Shown here: one piece after another, positions 13,055 to 26,217 of the stretch
Numbering within the stretch: position 1 is the first letter of the stretch
Layout of the letters: each line of letters opens with the position of its first letter
Assembly: GCF_006345805.1 (NCBI RefSeq)
Contig: NC_042999.1
Location: 127,224,001 to 127,288,000 of the forward strand
Length of the DNA: 64,000 nucleotides
Origin: Octopus sinensis
Lineage: Eukaryota
Direction of reading: 5' to 3'
Notes under the pieces: model-generated
The model's input: the letters and a program-made list of their open reading frames with translations, nothing else
Told to the model about the DNA's origin: nothing
Databases searched by the model: none
Made by a program: the position numbers and the translations under genes

Positions 13055-13280
13055 TATGCATGTATGTATGTATGTATGTATGTATGTATGTATGTCTCTA
13101 TCTATCTATCTATCTGTCAGTCTGTCTGCCTGTCTGTCTGTCTGTCTGTCTATCTGTCTATATGCCTATCTATTTGTCTGTCTGTCTGTCTGTCTGTCTA
13201 TCTGTCTATATGCCTATCTATTTGTCTGCTTGTCTGTTTGCCTATCTATCTGTCTGTCTGTCTGTCTATCTATCTACCTG

Positions 13281-13352
<72 letters not shown>
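13055..13352. repeat. Compound (TATG)n/(TCTA)n/(TCTG)n microsatellite
   Basis: Direct reading of the sequence. Confidence 0.97.
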
Positions 13353-13353
<1 letters not shown>

Positions 13354-13435
13354 TTGTAGATTATTGCTCTGTCTACAGAAGTGTGTATGGATGCATTTAT
13401 GTAAGTATGTATGTATGTGTATAAATGTGTATAAA

Positions 13436-13670
13436 GGTGGCAAGCTGGCAGAAACGTTAGCACGCCGGGCGAAATGCTTAGCGGTATTTCGTCTGCGTTA
13501 CGTTGTGAGTTCAAATTCCGCCGAGGTCGACTTTGCCTTTCATCCTTTCGGGGTCGATAAATTAAGTACCAGTTACGCACTGGGGTCGATGTAATCGACT
13601 TAATACCTATGTCTGTCCTTGTTTGTCTCCTCTGTGTTTAGCCCCTTGTGGGTAATAAAGAAATAGGTAT
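13436..13670 (+). mobile_element. tRNA-headed SINE family B
   Basis: ggtggcaagctggcagaaacgttagc...gagttcaaattccgccgaggtcgactttgcctttcatcctttcggggtcgataaattaagtacc. Decayed relatives at ~4711-4880 (+) and ~38940-39120 (-). Confidence 0.85.
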
Positions 13671-13950
13671 TCAGCTCATGAGTATAAGGTCATAAGTTTG
13701 ATTCATTGTTGTATGTTGCATCCTTGAGCAAGACACTTTATTCCATATTGCTTTAGTTCACTTAGCTGGCAAAAGTGAGTTATACCTGTAATTCAAAGAA
13801 CCAGCCTTGTCACATTCTGTGTCTTACAGAATCTCTCTGAGAACTACATTAAGGGTACACATGTTTGTGGATGTATTCAGCCACTTGCAACGTAATTTCA
13901 CAAGCAGGTTGTTCCATTGATCGGAATAACTGGAACCCTTGTTTCGTAAC
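13671..13950 (+). mobile_element. SINE family C (ccttgagcaagacactt core)
   Basis: Core ccttgagcaagacactttattccatattgctttagttcacttagctgg. Relatives at ~16985-17110 (+), ~26950-27105 (-) and ~35300-35450 (-). Confidence 0.65.
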
Positions 13951-13974
13951 CGATAGAGTTTCATTTAAATATAA

Positions 13975-14890
<916 letters not shown>

Positions 14891-15403
14891 TCAAGGTTGC
14901 TTTTTTTCATTCATTTTATTTACTGCCTCGCCCATCCTCATCTCTCACTCTCCCATACCTTCATGCAATCACCATACACCCGCACTTCCAGTTCTTGTAA
15001 CCATTCACTTCTACTTACCTTCTACCTTAAGGATCTAACCAGATGCCTCACCTCCACTTTTCTTATCTCTTTCCATCTCCACTTGATCACTCCTGCCCTT
15101 TCTTCTAAAATGTGTGTAGCCATGTTGTTCTTTTACAACAAAACAAAACACCTATTCTGCTCTGCCCCATTCTCTCTTACCTTAACCTATCATCTCCAAG
15201 CATGACACTGTCTTTTTCTTGGGGCTCATAGTCTCGCAAGCAGCATGGTGACTTCACCAGTGCTGGTGGCATGAGAAAAGTACCTAATACATGCTACCAA
15301 GTGGTTGGCATTAGGAAGAGCATCCAGCCGTAGGAACCATGTCGAAGTAGACAACAGAGCACAATGTAATCCTTGGACCTATTGGATGTTGTGAAACCAT
15401 CAC

Positions 15404-16158
15404 TTCTTGTCACTTCTATGGACATTCATCAGGTGTGTGTGCTTGTTTACGTATTTATATATGGTTATTACATATATATAGTATATAGTATTTAATATTT
15501 TACTAAGAATGAAATATTTCAATAAGTTTGTGGTTGAGTATCTGCGGCTACTGGATGTTATATTTCCTCTGTGCTATTATCATGCTGAGAGAATATGTTT
15601 ACGAATGAGTGATTGTATGTGTGTGTGTGGGAGTATGAATAAGTAATGTGTAGAAGTATACGGCTACATTATAAATTTATCTTTGTCTATATGTTTATGT
15701 GTATGTATAGATATATATGTGTGTGTGTGAGTTTGTGTATGTATTTAGATATGTTTATATACATACATGGATATATGTGCATGAGCATGTGTGTATATAT
15801 ATTTTTTATTTTTTGTTTTTTGTTTTTTGTTTTTTGAAATTAGCTATTTCATCTTTAAATATGAGAATTTAAATACTAGGTTTCATTATATACAATCGTT
15901 TATAGAGGTTATTTTAGTTCTTGATTATATATATTTTCATTGATAATTTTATATTTTATATATATATTAGTCATTTCAAATTTATATCTTAAAAATATTG
16001 ATTATATTTTAGGTCTTGAAACCACCTGATGAATGTCCATAGAAGTGACAAGAAACGATCGTAGTGGATATTTAATTATTTTATTTATATAAAATTTTTT
16101 ATGTATTGGATTAAGCTTTCTTTGTTTGATTTGCATAACATAGTGGTTTTGTCTCTAA

Positions 16159-16172
<14 letters not shown>
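15404..16172 (+). mobile_element. PLE remnant: 32-bp inverted arm, body and pLTR carrying a hammerhead
   Basis: 15404-15435 ttcttgtcacttctatggacattcatcaggtg is the exact reverse complement of 16023-16054. The AT-rich tail (...tgtttgatttgc..atagtggtttt.tctctaatt) recurs inverted at ~30134-30190. Confidence 0.75.
16022..16067 (+). ncRNA. Minimal type I hammerhead ribozyme
   Basis: ccac CUGAUGA a UGUC cauagaagu GACA a GAAA cgauc GUA^ gugg. Stem I ccac/gugg, palindromic stem III ACGAUCGU, A.A pair at the base of stem II. Confidence 0.8.
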
Positions 16173-16189
<17 letters not shown>

Positions 16190-16314
16190 ATGCATGTGTG
16201 TGTATGTATATGTGTATGTGTGTGTCTATGTGTGCATGTGTGTTGTGTATGCATTTACATATATATCTATGTCATTATCAATATATATATGTGCCTGTAT
16301 ATATATATAATATA

Positions 16315-16350
<36 letters not shown>

Positions 16351-16615
16351 TATGTATATATATATATACATATACTATACATACATACTATATACAACAC
16401 ACACCACACACACATTATGTATTTTGTATTCAATTCAACTTTATTATTTCTATAGTAATAAAGCTGAAGTGAAGACAAATATATATATAGTGTGTGTGTG
16501 TGTGTTTAACTGGCAAAACATGACCATCCTCAAGTATTACAATATCTGTTTCAACACATGATTTCAAATCAAGAATCTTGCTAATCAAATACATAAATGT
16601 ACACACACACACACG

Positions 16616-16648
<33 letters not shown>

Positions 16649-17893
16649 CACACACACACACACACCACACACACACACACATGCACACTCATATATATAG
16701 GGTGACACTAAAGTGCATGGGGTACAAACAGATCTGATTTAATCCCTTATAGGATGGGCAAAAGTGGTACTGTGCGATAAGAATGTTGGTAGGGAGGAGA
16801 ACTGAATATGAGTAGGTCCAAAACCATCCTTTCTTACACAAGATGCATATTACAGTGAAATGTGAGAGTGAATATATATGCACACGCATATGTATGTGAG
16901 AGTGTGTGTGACAACATGTGTGTGTTATTAACAATCCAGCCCACCCACTCTGTTTATTATTAAGATATATATGATTGTGAAAGCACATGGCTTAGTGATT
17001 ATGTTTTGGAATCATCATTGTAAAATCATGGTTCCTATTGCCAGACTGTTTGGCATGTTGTGTTCTTGAGTAAAACACTTTGTTTACATTGCTCCAGTCT
17101 AGCTGATAGGAAATATACACCAGCAACAGCTAGGGGCTGCTACTGACAGACTAATGTCCTGTTCAAGTATGAATATTCTACTCTTGATCATTTATGCACT
17201 ATGCAAACCAAGGTAAGTTCTGGCAGAGTAAGCCTGTAGGCTTATGACAGATCTAGCATTGAATTGCGAGTGACAATGATAATCAGCGCCATTGCAAGGC
17301 ATGGGAATACTGGGCAGTTGTCTTTAGGTTGCTTTACAGGTCTAAGGGTCCAATTCTTATCTATGTGTGTCATAGTTTGCTGAATAAATAAATACTATAG
17401 GGCCTACTGCACTGAATTGAATAGGGACCTATAATGCTGCTAAAGCAACCCTTTTCATAATATGTACAGTACAGAGGAATGTGTCTTAGAAAAATCTGAT
17501 AATTCAGAAATTTCAGTAAATTAGTAAATTCACTTTAATAATTCCCTTCTATGAAGCAAGGATGCCTCAGTTGTTATAAAGTCAACTAATTTATGTATCT
17601 GTTGATGGATAATTGTATTTATATTTATCATATACTTTTATTAATTTTGTAGTTTCTGTCAATGGACAGCAGACATGCTTAATTATGTGAGCCACTAATA
17701 ATTAGTTGGGAGTTCATTTTAAGTATCTCAACATAACTAATGGTCAAGTTTGACCTTAAATACCTCCCTTTATGGTGTAACTACAAGGAATTTACACCAA
17801 TGTTCATAGAGGAACATGAGCTTACCCACTCACATGTCCATGCACACACACATCTCCACACACACATTATCTGTATATGCGATGTGGTGTGTG

Positions 17894-17931
<38 letters not shown>

Positions 17932-17951
17932 TATATATATATTATATATAT

Positions 17952-18005
<54 letters not shown>

Positions 18006-18017
18006 AATATATATATA

Positions 18018-18270
18018 GGAGTGGCTCTGTGGTAGTAGCATGCTTACCAACCATGTGGTTCTGGGTTCAGTCCCACTGTATGGACCTTAGGCAAGTGTCT
18101 TATACTATAGCCTCGGGCCGACCAAAGCCTTGTGCGTGGATCTGGTAGATGGAAACTGAAAGAAGCCCATCATATATATATATACATATGTGTATGTATA
18201 TGTTTGTGTCTGTGTTCCAGCATGGCTGCAGTCAAATGCCTGAAATAATTAAAAGAATAAAAAGAATAAT
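18018..18270 (+). mobile_element. SINE family A (internally deleted), abutting the CR1 5' end
   Basis: ggagtggctctgtggtagtagc...gaaagaagcccatc...ccagcatggctgcagtcaaatgcctgaaataattaaaagaataaaaag. Confidence 0.8.
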
Positions 18271-21200
18271 GCAACAACCACCATCTGAAGGGCACAAAAC
18301 GATCACAGAATAGATATGAACAGGAACAGAGGAAATCTAGGACAACAACAAGAACAAAATACAACCACGTTTCCCCTCCTACAATCAAACTACGTAGACA
18401 GAACCAGGAAAAAACACCAAATAACGCCAACTTGAAATATGTATCCTCTGACCAAGTGGCAAACCAAACAAGTAACTCTTTTTTACTGACATACCTGGAA
18501 AATATGAAGGCCGACCTAAGCCAGGAGATCCAGCGAGCCATCACCAACCATCTATGCAAATCACAAGGACCACTCACCCATTACCAACTTCCCTTACCTC
18601 GACATTCCTGTTAAATGTACGTGGCATCAACCCATCAATTATTGCCCAAAAATGGAAGATCCCATATATAGAGAGTTGGCTTGCCGAAATGGCACATTGC
18701 TTCCCTTTCTTTATCCTTACCGAGACTCACCTGAACAACACCCATATGGACGCAGAGGTGAAAATAAAAGATTTCACCATTGTTCGTGCGGATCGCACAG
18801 ACCGAAATAAGGGAGGGACAGCCATCTTATCCATGACTCCTTTTCACTTGATGCCAAGGACACATTTCCAATGGCTACTGTGAATCGGTATCAGTATACA
18901 ACAAAGCCAAGGACATAACCATTGTTGGTCTTTACAGGCCTCCCCAGGCACCTCTAAAGTACTTTGAAGAGTGCCTTAGCAAAGTCAAGTCCTTCCTTCG
19001 GAAGTACCACTCCGGAAACATAATAGTGATGGGTGATTTTAACCTCCCTCATGTGAACTGGCCCACAAATACTCCGAAGTTAGGCAAGTGCTCTACATCA
19101 GATAGGGCAGCAGCAGAACTGCTCTTTAATCTGATGGATGAGTATTTCCTGACTCAGCTAGTGCTTGAACCAACGAGACAGAATAAAACGATCTTGGATC
19201 TGGTATTGACCAATCACTCTAGCTACGTTCACAGCATTTCAGTCGAAAAAACTCTCCTCTCAGACCACGACATGGTACTCTGCAATCTTAATTCCCGACG
19301 TATAAAAACCAAACCAGCCAATCCACTCCATGGCACCCATTTGACAACATAAACTTCCACAAAGCGGACTGGGGAACAATCAGAAAGGATCTGTCTTCCA
19401 TCGACTGGTCTTTTACTCTCATTCCCCTCATATTGAGACCGCGTGGCAGCACTTTGAAACCATTGTCACCTATACATGCTCTAAACACGCTCCCAAGAAA
19501 TCTACTAACACAAAAGAAACCGGCTCCCTAAAAAGAAAAAAAACACTCATCAGGCGCATCAAAAGACTCAACAAAAAATCAACCAATTAAAATATTCCCA
19601 CACGCAACATCCACATTCAACAACAATGAAAAGACTAGAGCTGGAAAAACTTCATCTGCAGACTAACATGAAAACCTCCATTGAAAATCAAAGAGCTGTG
19701 GAGGAACAATGGGTAATCAAAAACATCAAACAGAACCCAAAAGTGTTCTATTCTTATGCAAATAAGCATAGAACCACTGTCTCACCCATTGGGCCAACAC
19801 GATGCTAAAGAAATGGCAGAAATACTGCAGAAACAATATTGCTCTGTCTTCAGTGTTCCCACTGATATTGATGTGAGGGAAACGAACGAAGTTGACTCCC
19901 AACACAAAATCGCAGACATAACCTTCACTGCCACCGACATCGTAGCAGCAATAAATGAGGTCAAACATTACTCTGCTGTAGGCCCTGATAGATTCCCGCA
20001 GTCTCCTGAAGGAATGTAGATATCAACTTGCAGTCCCTCTGACCAACCTCTGGAGAAACTCGTTAGACGCAGGTTATATACCGAAAAAGTTTCTATCCCA
20101 GTCGGTCATCCCGGTTTTCAAACAGGGAAACAGATCCCTCGCAGTCAACTATCGCCCAATCTCACTCACCTCCCACATCATTAAAGTGTTTGAAAGAGTG
20201 TTAAGATCAAGGATAGCTGACTTCCTGGAGACCCACAAACTCCTAAATTCAAATCAGCATGGCTTTCGCTGTGGCAGGGACTGTCTAACACAGCTTACAC
20301 CACATTGAAGATGTACTCAAAGCCTTGGGAACAGGTTCGAACTCTGACGTCATATATCTTGACTTCAGTAAAGCGTTCGACAGGGTAGACCATAACATCC
20401 TACTCTCAAAATTGGCAAATGTTGGAATCCGTGGAAAAGTTCTACACTGGATTCAGTATTTCCTGGCGAATAGAACACAACATGTTGTAGTTGATGGAGT
20501 CCACTCAAACCCAGCAAAAGTCACCAGCGGTGTTCCCCAGGGAACTGTTTTGGGTCCGCTACTCTTCATAATTTATGTAAACGACCTTTCCAGTGTCGTA
20601 CATCACTGCAAAGTGAAAATATTCGCTGATGACACTAAGCTCCAGCAAATCGTCAATGAAGAAGCAGACCGAACTCAACTCCAGTCTGACCTATATGCTG
20701 TGAGTCAATGGGCAGACAGAAACAAAATGCAACTGAATGAGGGAAAATTTGAGCTGATGCATTTTGGAAGAAATTCCTCACTAAAACAACCATACTCTCT
20801 TCCTTCAGGGGAACCGCTCACAGCCTCTAACAATATCAGAGACCTGGGTGTAATTGTTGATGACGATCTCAGTTGGAGTGCACACATCAACAAGAAGGTC
20901 GATATAGCTCGTAGGATGAGTTCCTGGATCTTAAGAACTTTCCGGTCCAGAGAACAAGGTGTCATCATACCACTTTTCATCCTTTGTACGGCCACACCTT
21001 GAATACTGCTGCCCACTGTGGTCTCCCCACACAAGACAAAACATCTCCAGAATTGAGTCACCCCAGAGGGCTCTCACTAAACAAATTGAAGGCATGGCTG
21101 CTCTCGATTATTGGGATCGCCTTAAAGCCTTGAAACTTTACTCCTCCAGCGTCGCCTGAGCGGTACATCATTTGTACGATGTGGAAAATATACCGCCAAC

Positions 21201-21634
21201 TTTGCCCAAACGACCTAAACATTAGCTTCAAGGTTCATCCAAGACTTGGACCACGGGCTATACGTCCCCTGCCAAATTCAAGATCACAACATACATGTAC
21301 ACTGCAACATAATTTCTTTTCCTCAACAGGCCCTGCCCTATTTAACATTGTCCCGAGGGAGATCAAAGAGGAAAAGGATCCCATCAACTTTAAACAGAGT
21401 CTGGATAGATTCCTTCAAAGAATACCAGATAAGCCACCCATAATTGGATACAACTCACCCAACAAGAACTCACTACTTGAACAAAACTGGATACAACTCA
21501 CCCAAAAGAACTCACTACTTGAACAAAACTTGACTTAAACAGGATTCGAATAATCCTATCAGGTGGTGCTATTAAGTTAGACATGCCTGGACCAATCTCT
21601 GGTCGAAACATATCTAAGTTTTCTAAGTTTTTTT
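18270..21634 (+). mobile_element. CR1-group LINE: probable ORF1 end, near-complete ORF2 (APE endonuclease + RT), 3' UTR and (TCTAAGTT) tail
   Basis: APE motifs LLNVRG, LTETHL, GLYRPP, MGDFNLP, LDLVLTN, SDHDMV. RT motifs YRPISLTS, QHGFR, YLDFSKAFDRV, GVPQGTVLGPLLF, FADDTKL, RDLGV, RPHLEYC. Stop at 21536-21538. Disrupted by short deletions. Confidence 0.95.
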
Positions 21635-22267
21635 ATAGATATTATATTATATATATAATAGTATTATCTATATAGATATATATATAATATACATATATAG
21701 ATTATATTATATTATATATATATATATTATATAATATATATATATATATATAGATGAGTGATTTTACCTTGTTAACAATAACAAGGATAAATGAAGGAAT
21801 AGTTACCAGGGCAGCAAAATCTCACAAGTAAAGATGTGTAACTCCTTGTTTATAAAGGTTGAACTTCGTTGTTTACGTTGAATATTGAATAATAGGAATA
21901 AAAAATGGAGTCAACGGCAGGTTTAAACAAGTATTTTTTTCTTTTACATATTTTCAAAAATTCCACTGATACTTATCAAAAGAATAAAAGGTATAAACAA
22001 TGCAATCTTCTCTTCGGCAAAGTGAAAAAACGAAACTTGTCAATACGACATTTTAGCAAAAAATGATGGATTCGTTATAGCGATAGACAGAACGCTATTA
22101 ATATTGTCTAAAAAAACGTTATATGAATAACGTCATAAGTAGCTAACAGAAAGAGTAGGGATATTAATAGTGAATGTTAAATATAAAGGAATTAAAGTCT
22201 AAACTATATATATGATAGAGACTACTTATATGCCACTAAAAGTATGCTTTTGCCAATGCTTACATCT

Positions 22268-22437
22268 GTATGCTCGTTCTTACCGTGTTTACTAGAGTAT
22301 TTTTAGAAAAAATAATGAAAATAGCTCAGAATTGACAAAGGCAAGAATAAGAAATTCTGTCTCTCTGCAATTCTGAGCTATTTTTCATTATTTTTTCTAA
22401 AAATACTCTAGTAAACACGGTTATAGAACGAGCATAC
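22268..22437. repeat. ~67-bp inverted repeat with a 33-nt spacer
   Basis: gtatgctcgttcttaccgtgtttactagagtatttttagaaaaaataatgaaaatagctcagaattg / caattctgagctatttttcattattttttctaaaaatactctagtaaacacggttatagaacgagcatac. Confidence 0.92.
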
Positions 22438-22460
22438 ATAAATCGTTGACTCATTGTAGA

Positions 22461-22869
22461 CATTTTCTGTTTTGGTGTCTTCAAGCCATGAAGTCGTTAT
22501 TCTAAAAGAACGCTGGTCTCCTTGACAACGCTTTACGACGTTGATTTCCTTACACTCCCTTCCCCACAGCTTCACGAGGGAGGGAAGAAGGGGGAGAAGC
22601 AACACAGGTGCAGGTGTGACCATGGACGCCAACTCCGCCGCCATCGACACACGAAAAAATATGCGTTAAAATGGAAAAAAATGATGTTAAATTATTTTTA
22701 AAATCGTAGACTCATCGTAGACGCACGCTAATACCCAGACGGCCTCGATATGAATCACGACTGTAAGATACCCGAATTTGGTTAAACTGCACCGCAAAAT
22801 GTGGGAGTAGTTAGGAAACTAAATTGTAGGAGACTGACACTCACACAACTACAGTTTTATATATATAGA
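22461..22869 (-). mobile_element. Non-autonomous Helitron family 1, copy lacking the normal 3' end
   Basis: Highly similar to 23236-23747 and 63617-64000. The 5' TC is at 22869, preceded by A on the minus strand. Confidence 0.85.
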
Positions 22870-23235
22870 TATATTTATATATATATGCATTTACGCATAT
22901 TCACCTCCACTCACTCACATATGCATACTCTAATGTTTATCAGCATATGATAGCATCAAATATATAGAGAAAGAGCTTTGTAGTGTTGTAGAGTAGATAT
23001 GCATGTGTTAAATAAGCTATTAGGCTAATCATGTTTCTGTTACTACACAGCTTTACCATTGTAGTCTATTCAAATTCTATGTTTCACTATTTATGTGTGA
23101 ATTTTGCCATTTTTAAAATTGTTGGAATCTCATGTCATGGGCACAGAAGCTACAATCTTAGTAAAATACAGCAATCATTGTTTTCGTTGGTTTCTGAATT
23201 GTGCATAACACAGAGTTTCACCAAAGGCAGCTATA

Positions 23236-23747
23236 TCTATATATATAAAACTGTAGTTGTGTGAGTGTCTGTCCCCTTCGATTTAGATTCCTAACTACTC
23301 CCACATTTTGCGGTGCAGTTTAACCAAATTCGGGTATCTTATAGTCGTGATTCATATCGAGCCCCTCTGAGTATTAGCGTGCGTCTACGATGAGTCTACG
23401 ATTTTAAAAATAATTTAACATCATTTTTTATTCATTTTAATGCATAATTTTTCGTGTCGTGGCGGCGGCGGAGTTGGCGTCCATGGTCACACCTGCACCT
23501 GTTTGCTTCTCCCCCTTCTTCTCTCCCTCATGAAGCTGTGGGAAAGGGAGTGTAAGGAAATCAACGTCGTAAAGCGTTGTCAAGGAGACCAGCGTTCTTT
23601 TAGAACAACGACTTCATGGCTTGAAGACACCAAAACAGAAATGGCTAAGAAAGCCCGAATTGGCATCTATAAGGGAAGTAACACTCTAAAAATGCTTATA
23701 TAGTTATTTCCCTTACAAACCCGAGCAATGCCGGGCGATACTGCTAG
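23236..23747 (+). mobile_element. Non-autonomous Helitron family 1, complete 512-bp copy
   Basis: Begins TCTATATATA and ends CTAG. GC hairpin cccgagcaatgccggg (23720-23735) lies 8 nt before CTAG. Inserted at A|T with no TSD; the empty site is visible at 24029-24058. Confidence 0.93.
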
Positions 23748-23865
23748 TGCAATATAAAACCAAAAACGAAAAAGTCAATTGTCACTAATTGTGACCAAGG
23801 GTGTTAGGTAGTACCTTAGAGCCACAAGAAAGCACATTTTCATATACTGACAGGGGAGATAACTG

Positions 23866-23918
23866 ATCATTATACTAGACTAGTTTCAATTGAAAATTAC
23901 AAGCTCATCAGTAGTGAC
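23866..23918 (-). ncRNA. Minimal type I hammerhead ribozyme
   Basis: gucacua CUGAUGA gc UUG uaauuuu CAA uu GAAA cuagucuag UA^ uaaugau. Stem I is 7 bp with 1 mismatch, stem III ACUAG-U-CUAGU, GUA cleavage triplet. Confidence 0.75.
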
Positions 23919-24428
23919 TACTCATTCACTGAATGGGTTGGCTAAATCCTGACTGTCAGTATATATATTTACCATATGAATTTATGGCTGATTCAGCAAA
24001 ATGCTAATGTGAAAATTACAAAATAATGAAGGCAGCTATATGCAATATAAAACCAAAATGGAAAATTAGGCTATCCACTATGGTGCAAGCCTAATTTAAG
24101 AATGCTTTATGTAGCAGCTGATCTATGCTATTGATCAGAGAAGGAAACCTTGTACATGTTCTGTAAGGAGTGGGTAGCAAATTTTGAAATGATCCGTTAA
24201 GAAATTTACAACCCAATTTTTCTGCTCATCAGTACCATAGAAGAAATGTGTTTATATTCTTATTTAGCCAATAGTAAGGCATTGTAATGTTTAAATTTCT
24301 ATTTTTCTACCTTGTACTAAGCTGTGCTTATACATACATACATGTATACATACATAATACATACATACATATATGCATACATAGATATATACATACATGC
24401 ACACAGACAGGCACTCACACACACACAC

Positions 24429-24466
<38 letters not shown>

Positions 24467-24494
24467 TAATATTTGTATTTACACATAATATATA

Positions 24495-25162
24495 TCTATA
24501 TAATATATATATATAATAATAAATGCCAAAACGAATTTCTGTGTGTCAGTGTGTCACACTTTGACCCTCTCTCTCACTAGCCTACTTCTACTATTCCTCG
24601 TGTGGGTGGTAGTAGACTGAAGATGGTGATGGCAATGGAATGATAGCCATAGTATGAGCTGTATTTGTGATAGATGCAGAGGCGACGGTGATGATGGTGG
24701 TGGTGGTGGTGGTGGTGGTTGCCGAGGCGGTCAGAGATGATGGTGCTAGTAAGCAATGTGAAAAACAGTGGTAATGATGCTGGAGGGGAAGGGGGAACAT
24801 CAAAGGTTTTGATGGTGGTGGCGTCAGAAGTCTGAATGGTGTATGTATGGAAGTTGAGATGATGATGGTGGTGGTACTGGTGATGGTGATGGTTGAAGAC
24901 AATCAACAGAAAGAAAGAGAGAGAAAGAAAGAGGTTAGATAGAAAACAAAATTGTACTGACTCCCGAATGGGAAGACAAAGAGGTTGTTTGTCATGCAGC
25001 TTTCCAATAAGTTCAAAGTCGACAAATTATATCATTGTTTTGATGTAAATTGTTCATTGCTTGAAAAATATTGGTCAGGTTTAATAAAATTTGATATGTA
25101 CTCAAGGCATGAAGTGTTATTGTTGGGCCCAAGGCCCAATGAAGAGCCCTTACAGGAGCTAG
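24495..25162 (+). mobile_element. Non-autonomous Helitron family 2, both ends present
   Basis: A|TCTATATAAT...aataaatgccaaaacgaatttctgtgtg start (shared with 27129), internal GGT/GAT-rich segment, hairpin ttgggcc-caa-ggcccaa (25123-25139), then CTAG|T. Confidence 0.7.
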
Positions 25163-25247
25163 TATATATATTATATATATACACCACACACACACGGGGG
25201 AAGAGAGAGAGAGATATGTCTATATATATATATGTATGTCTATTATA

Positions 25248-25310
<63 letters not shown>

Positions 25311-26217
25311 ATATATCTATATATATATTATATATATATATTATAATAGGGTGATGCATAGAATTGTTCTATTTTTGAGAATATTTGTCTTAATTGAGTC
25401 ACAAAGGTTAATTTCTTCCTTTATGCTCTTTTATATACATACATATACATACACACACACACATACACATATAAGAAATATTACACATATATTTGTCCAC
25501 TCACGCTCGTACACATACAAGTGTGTGTGGGTGTTGGTGTGTGTATGCACGCACGTATACACACACACAAACACACAGATTTCTCATTTTTCCATTCAAA
25601 ATGTAACCACTTATGTTTTTATAAATATATGTGTCTGTGTGTATTGTGTACACACACACGCACACACACTTATACTGATGTATACATATACCATATACTT
25701 ATAAGTCTATATACAAGTGTATACTTGTATGTGCGTGTGTGTGTGAGTGTATCTGTCTGCCTATTACTTATAATAATGAAAGTGTCTGTGCCTCTATCTC
25801 TATTTGTTCTGATCATTGTGGCTGGTGACCTCACTTGGTTTAAAGTACATACTTAATTAGTGATGATAATAGTACTTACTGCCAGACAGTCCAACTGTTC
25901 TTTACTTGGGATCTTTCATCCTGTTTCAAAGATATTTTATATTCATTACTTCATAGGCTACATTGCTTTTATTCACAACACTCTCTCTCACACACACACA
26001 CATACAAACACACACATGCATGCACACACATACATACACACACACATACATATGCATGCATGCATGCACACATTTACACACACCTATGTGCATATGTAAA
26101 CACACCTAAACACACACATCTATTCATGGACATTGATATTTTTCAACATTTACATACATCGGATCCTTTTTATACATATGTAACCCATGTACATACCTGT
26201 TGTCTGCCCATTCACAT

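Noticed and set aside
21750-22200. CpG-containing repeat-like block with GAAAC..GTC and CCGAAGA motifs
   Set aside because: No consistent hammerhead fold on either strand and no class could be assigned.
24985-25162. ORF start MFVMQLSNKFKV...GPRPNEEPLQEL
   Set aside because: It lies inside the 3' end of Helitron family 2 and runs into (TA)n; no domain recognised.
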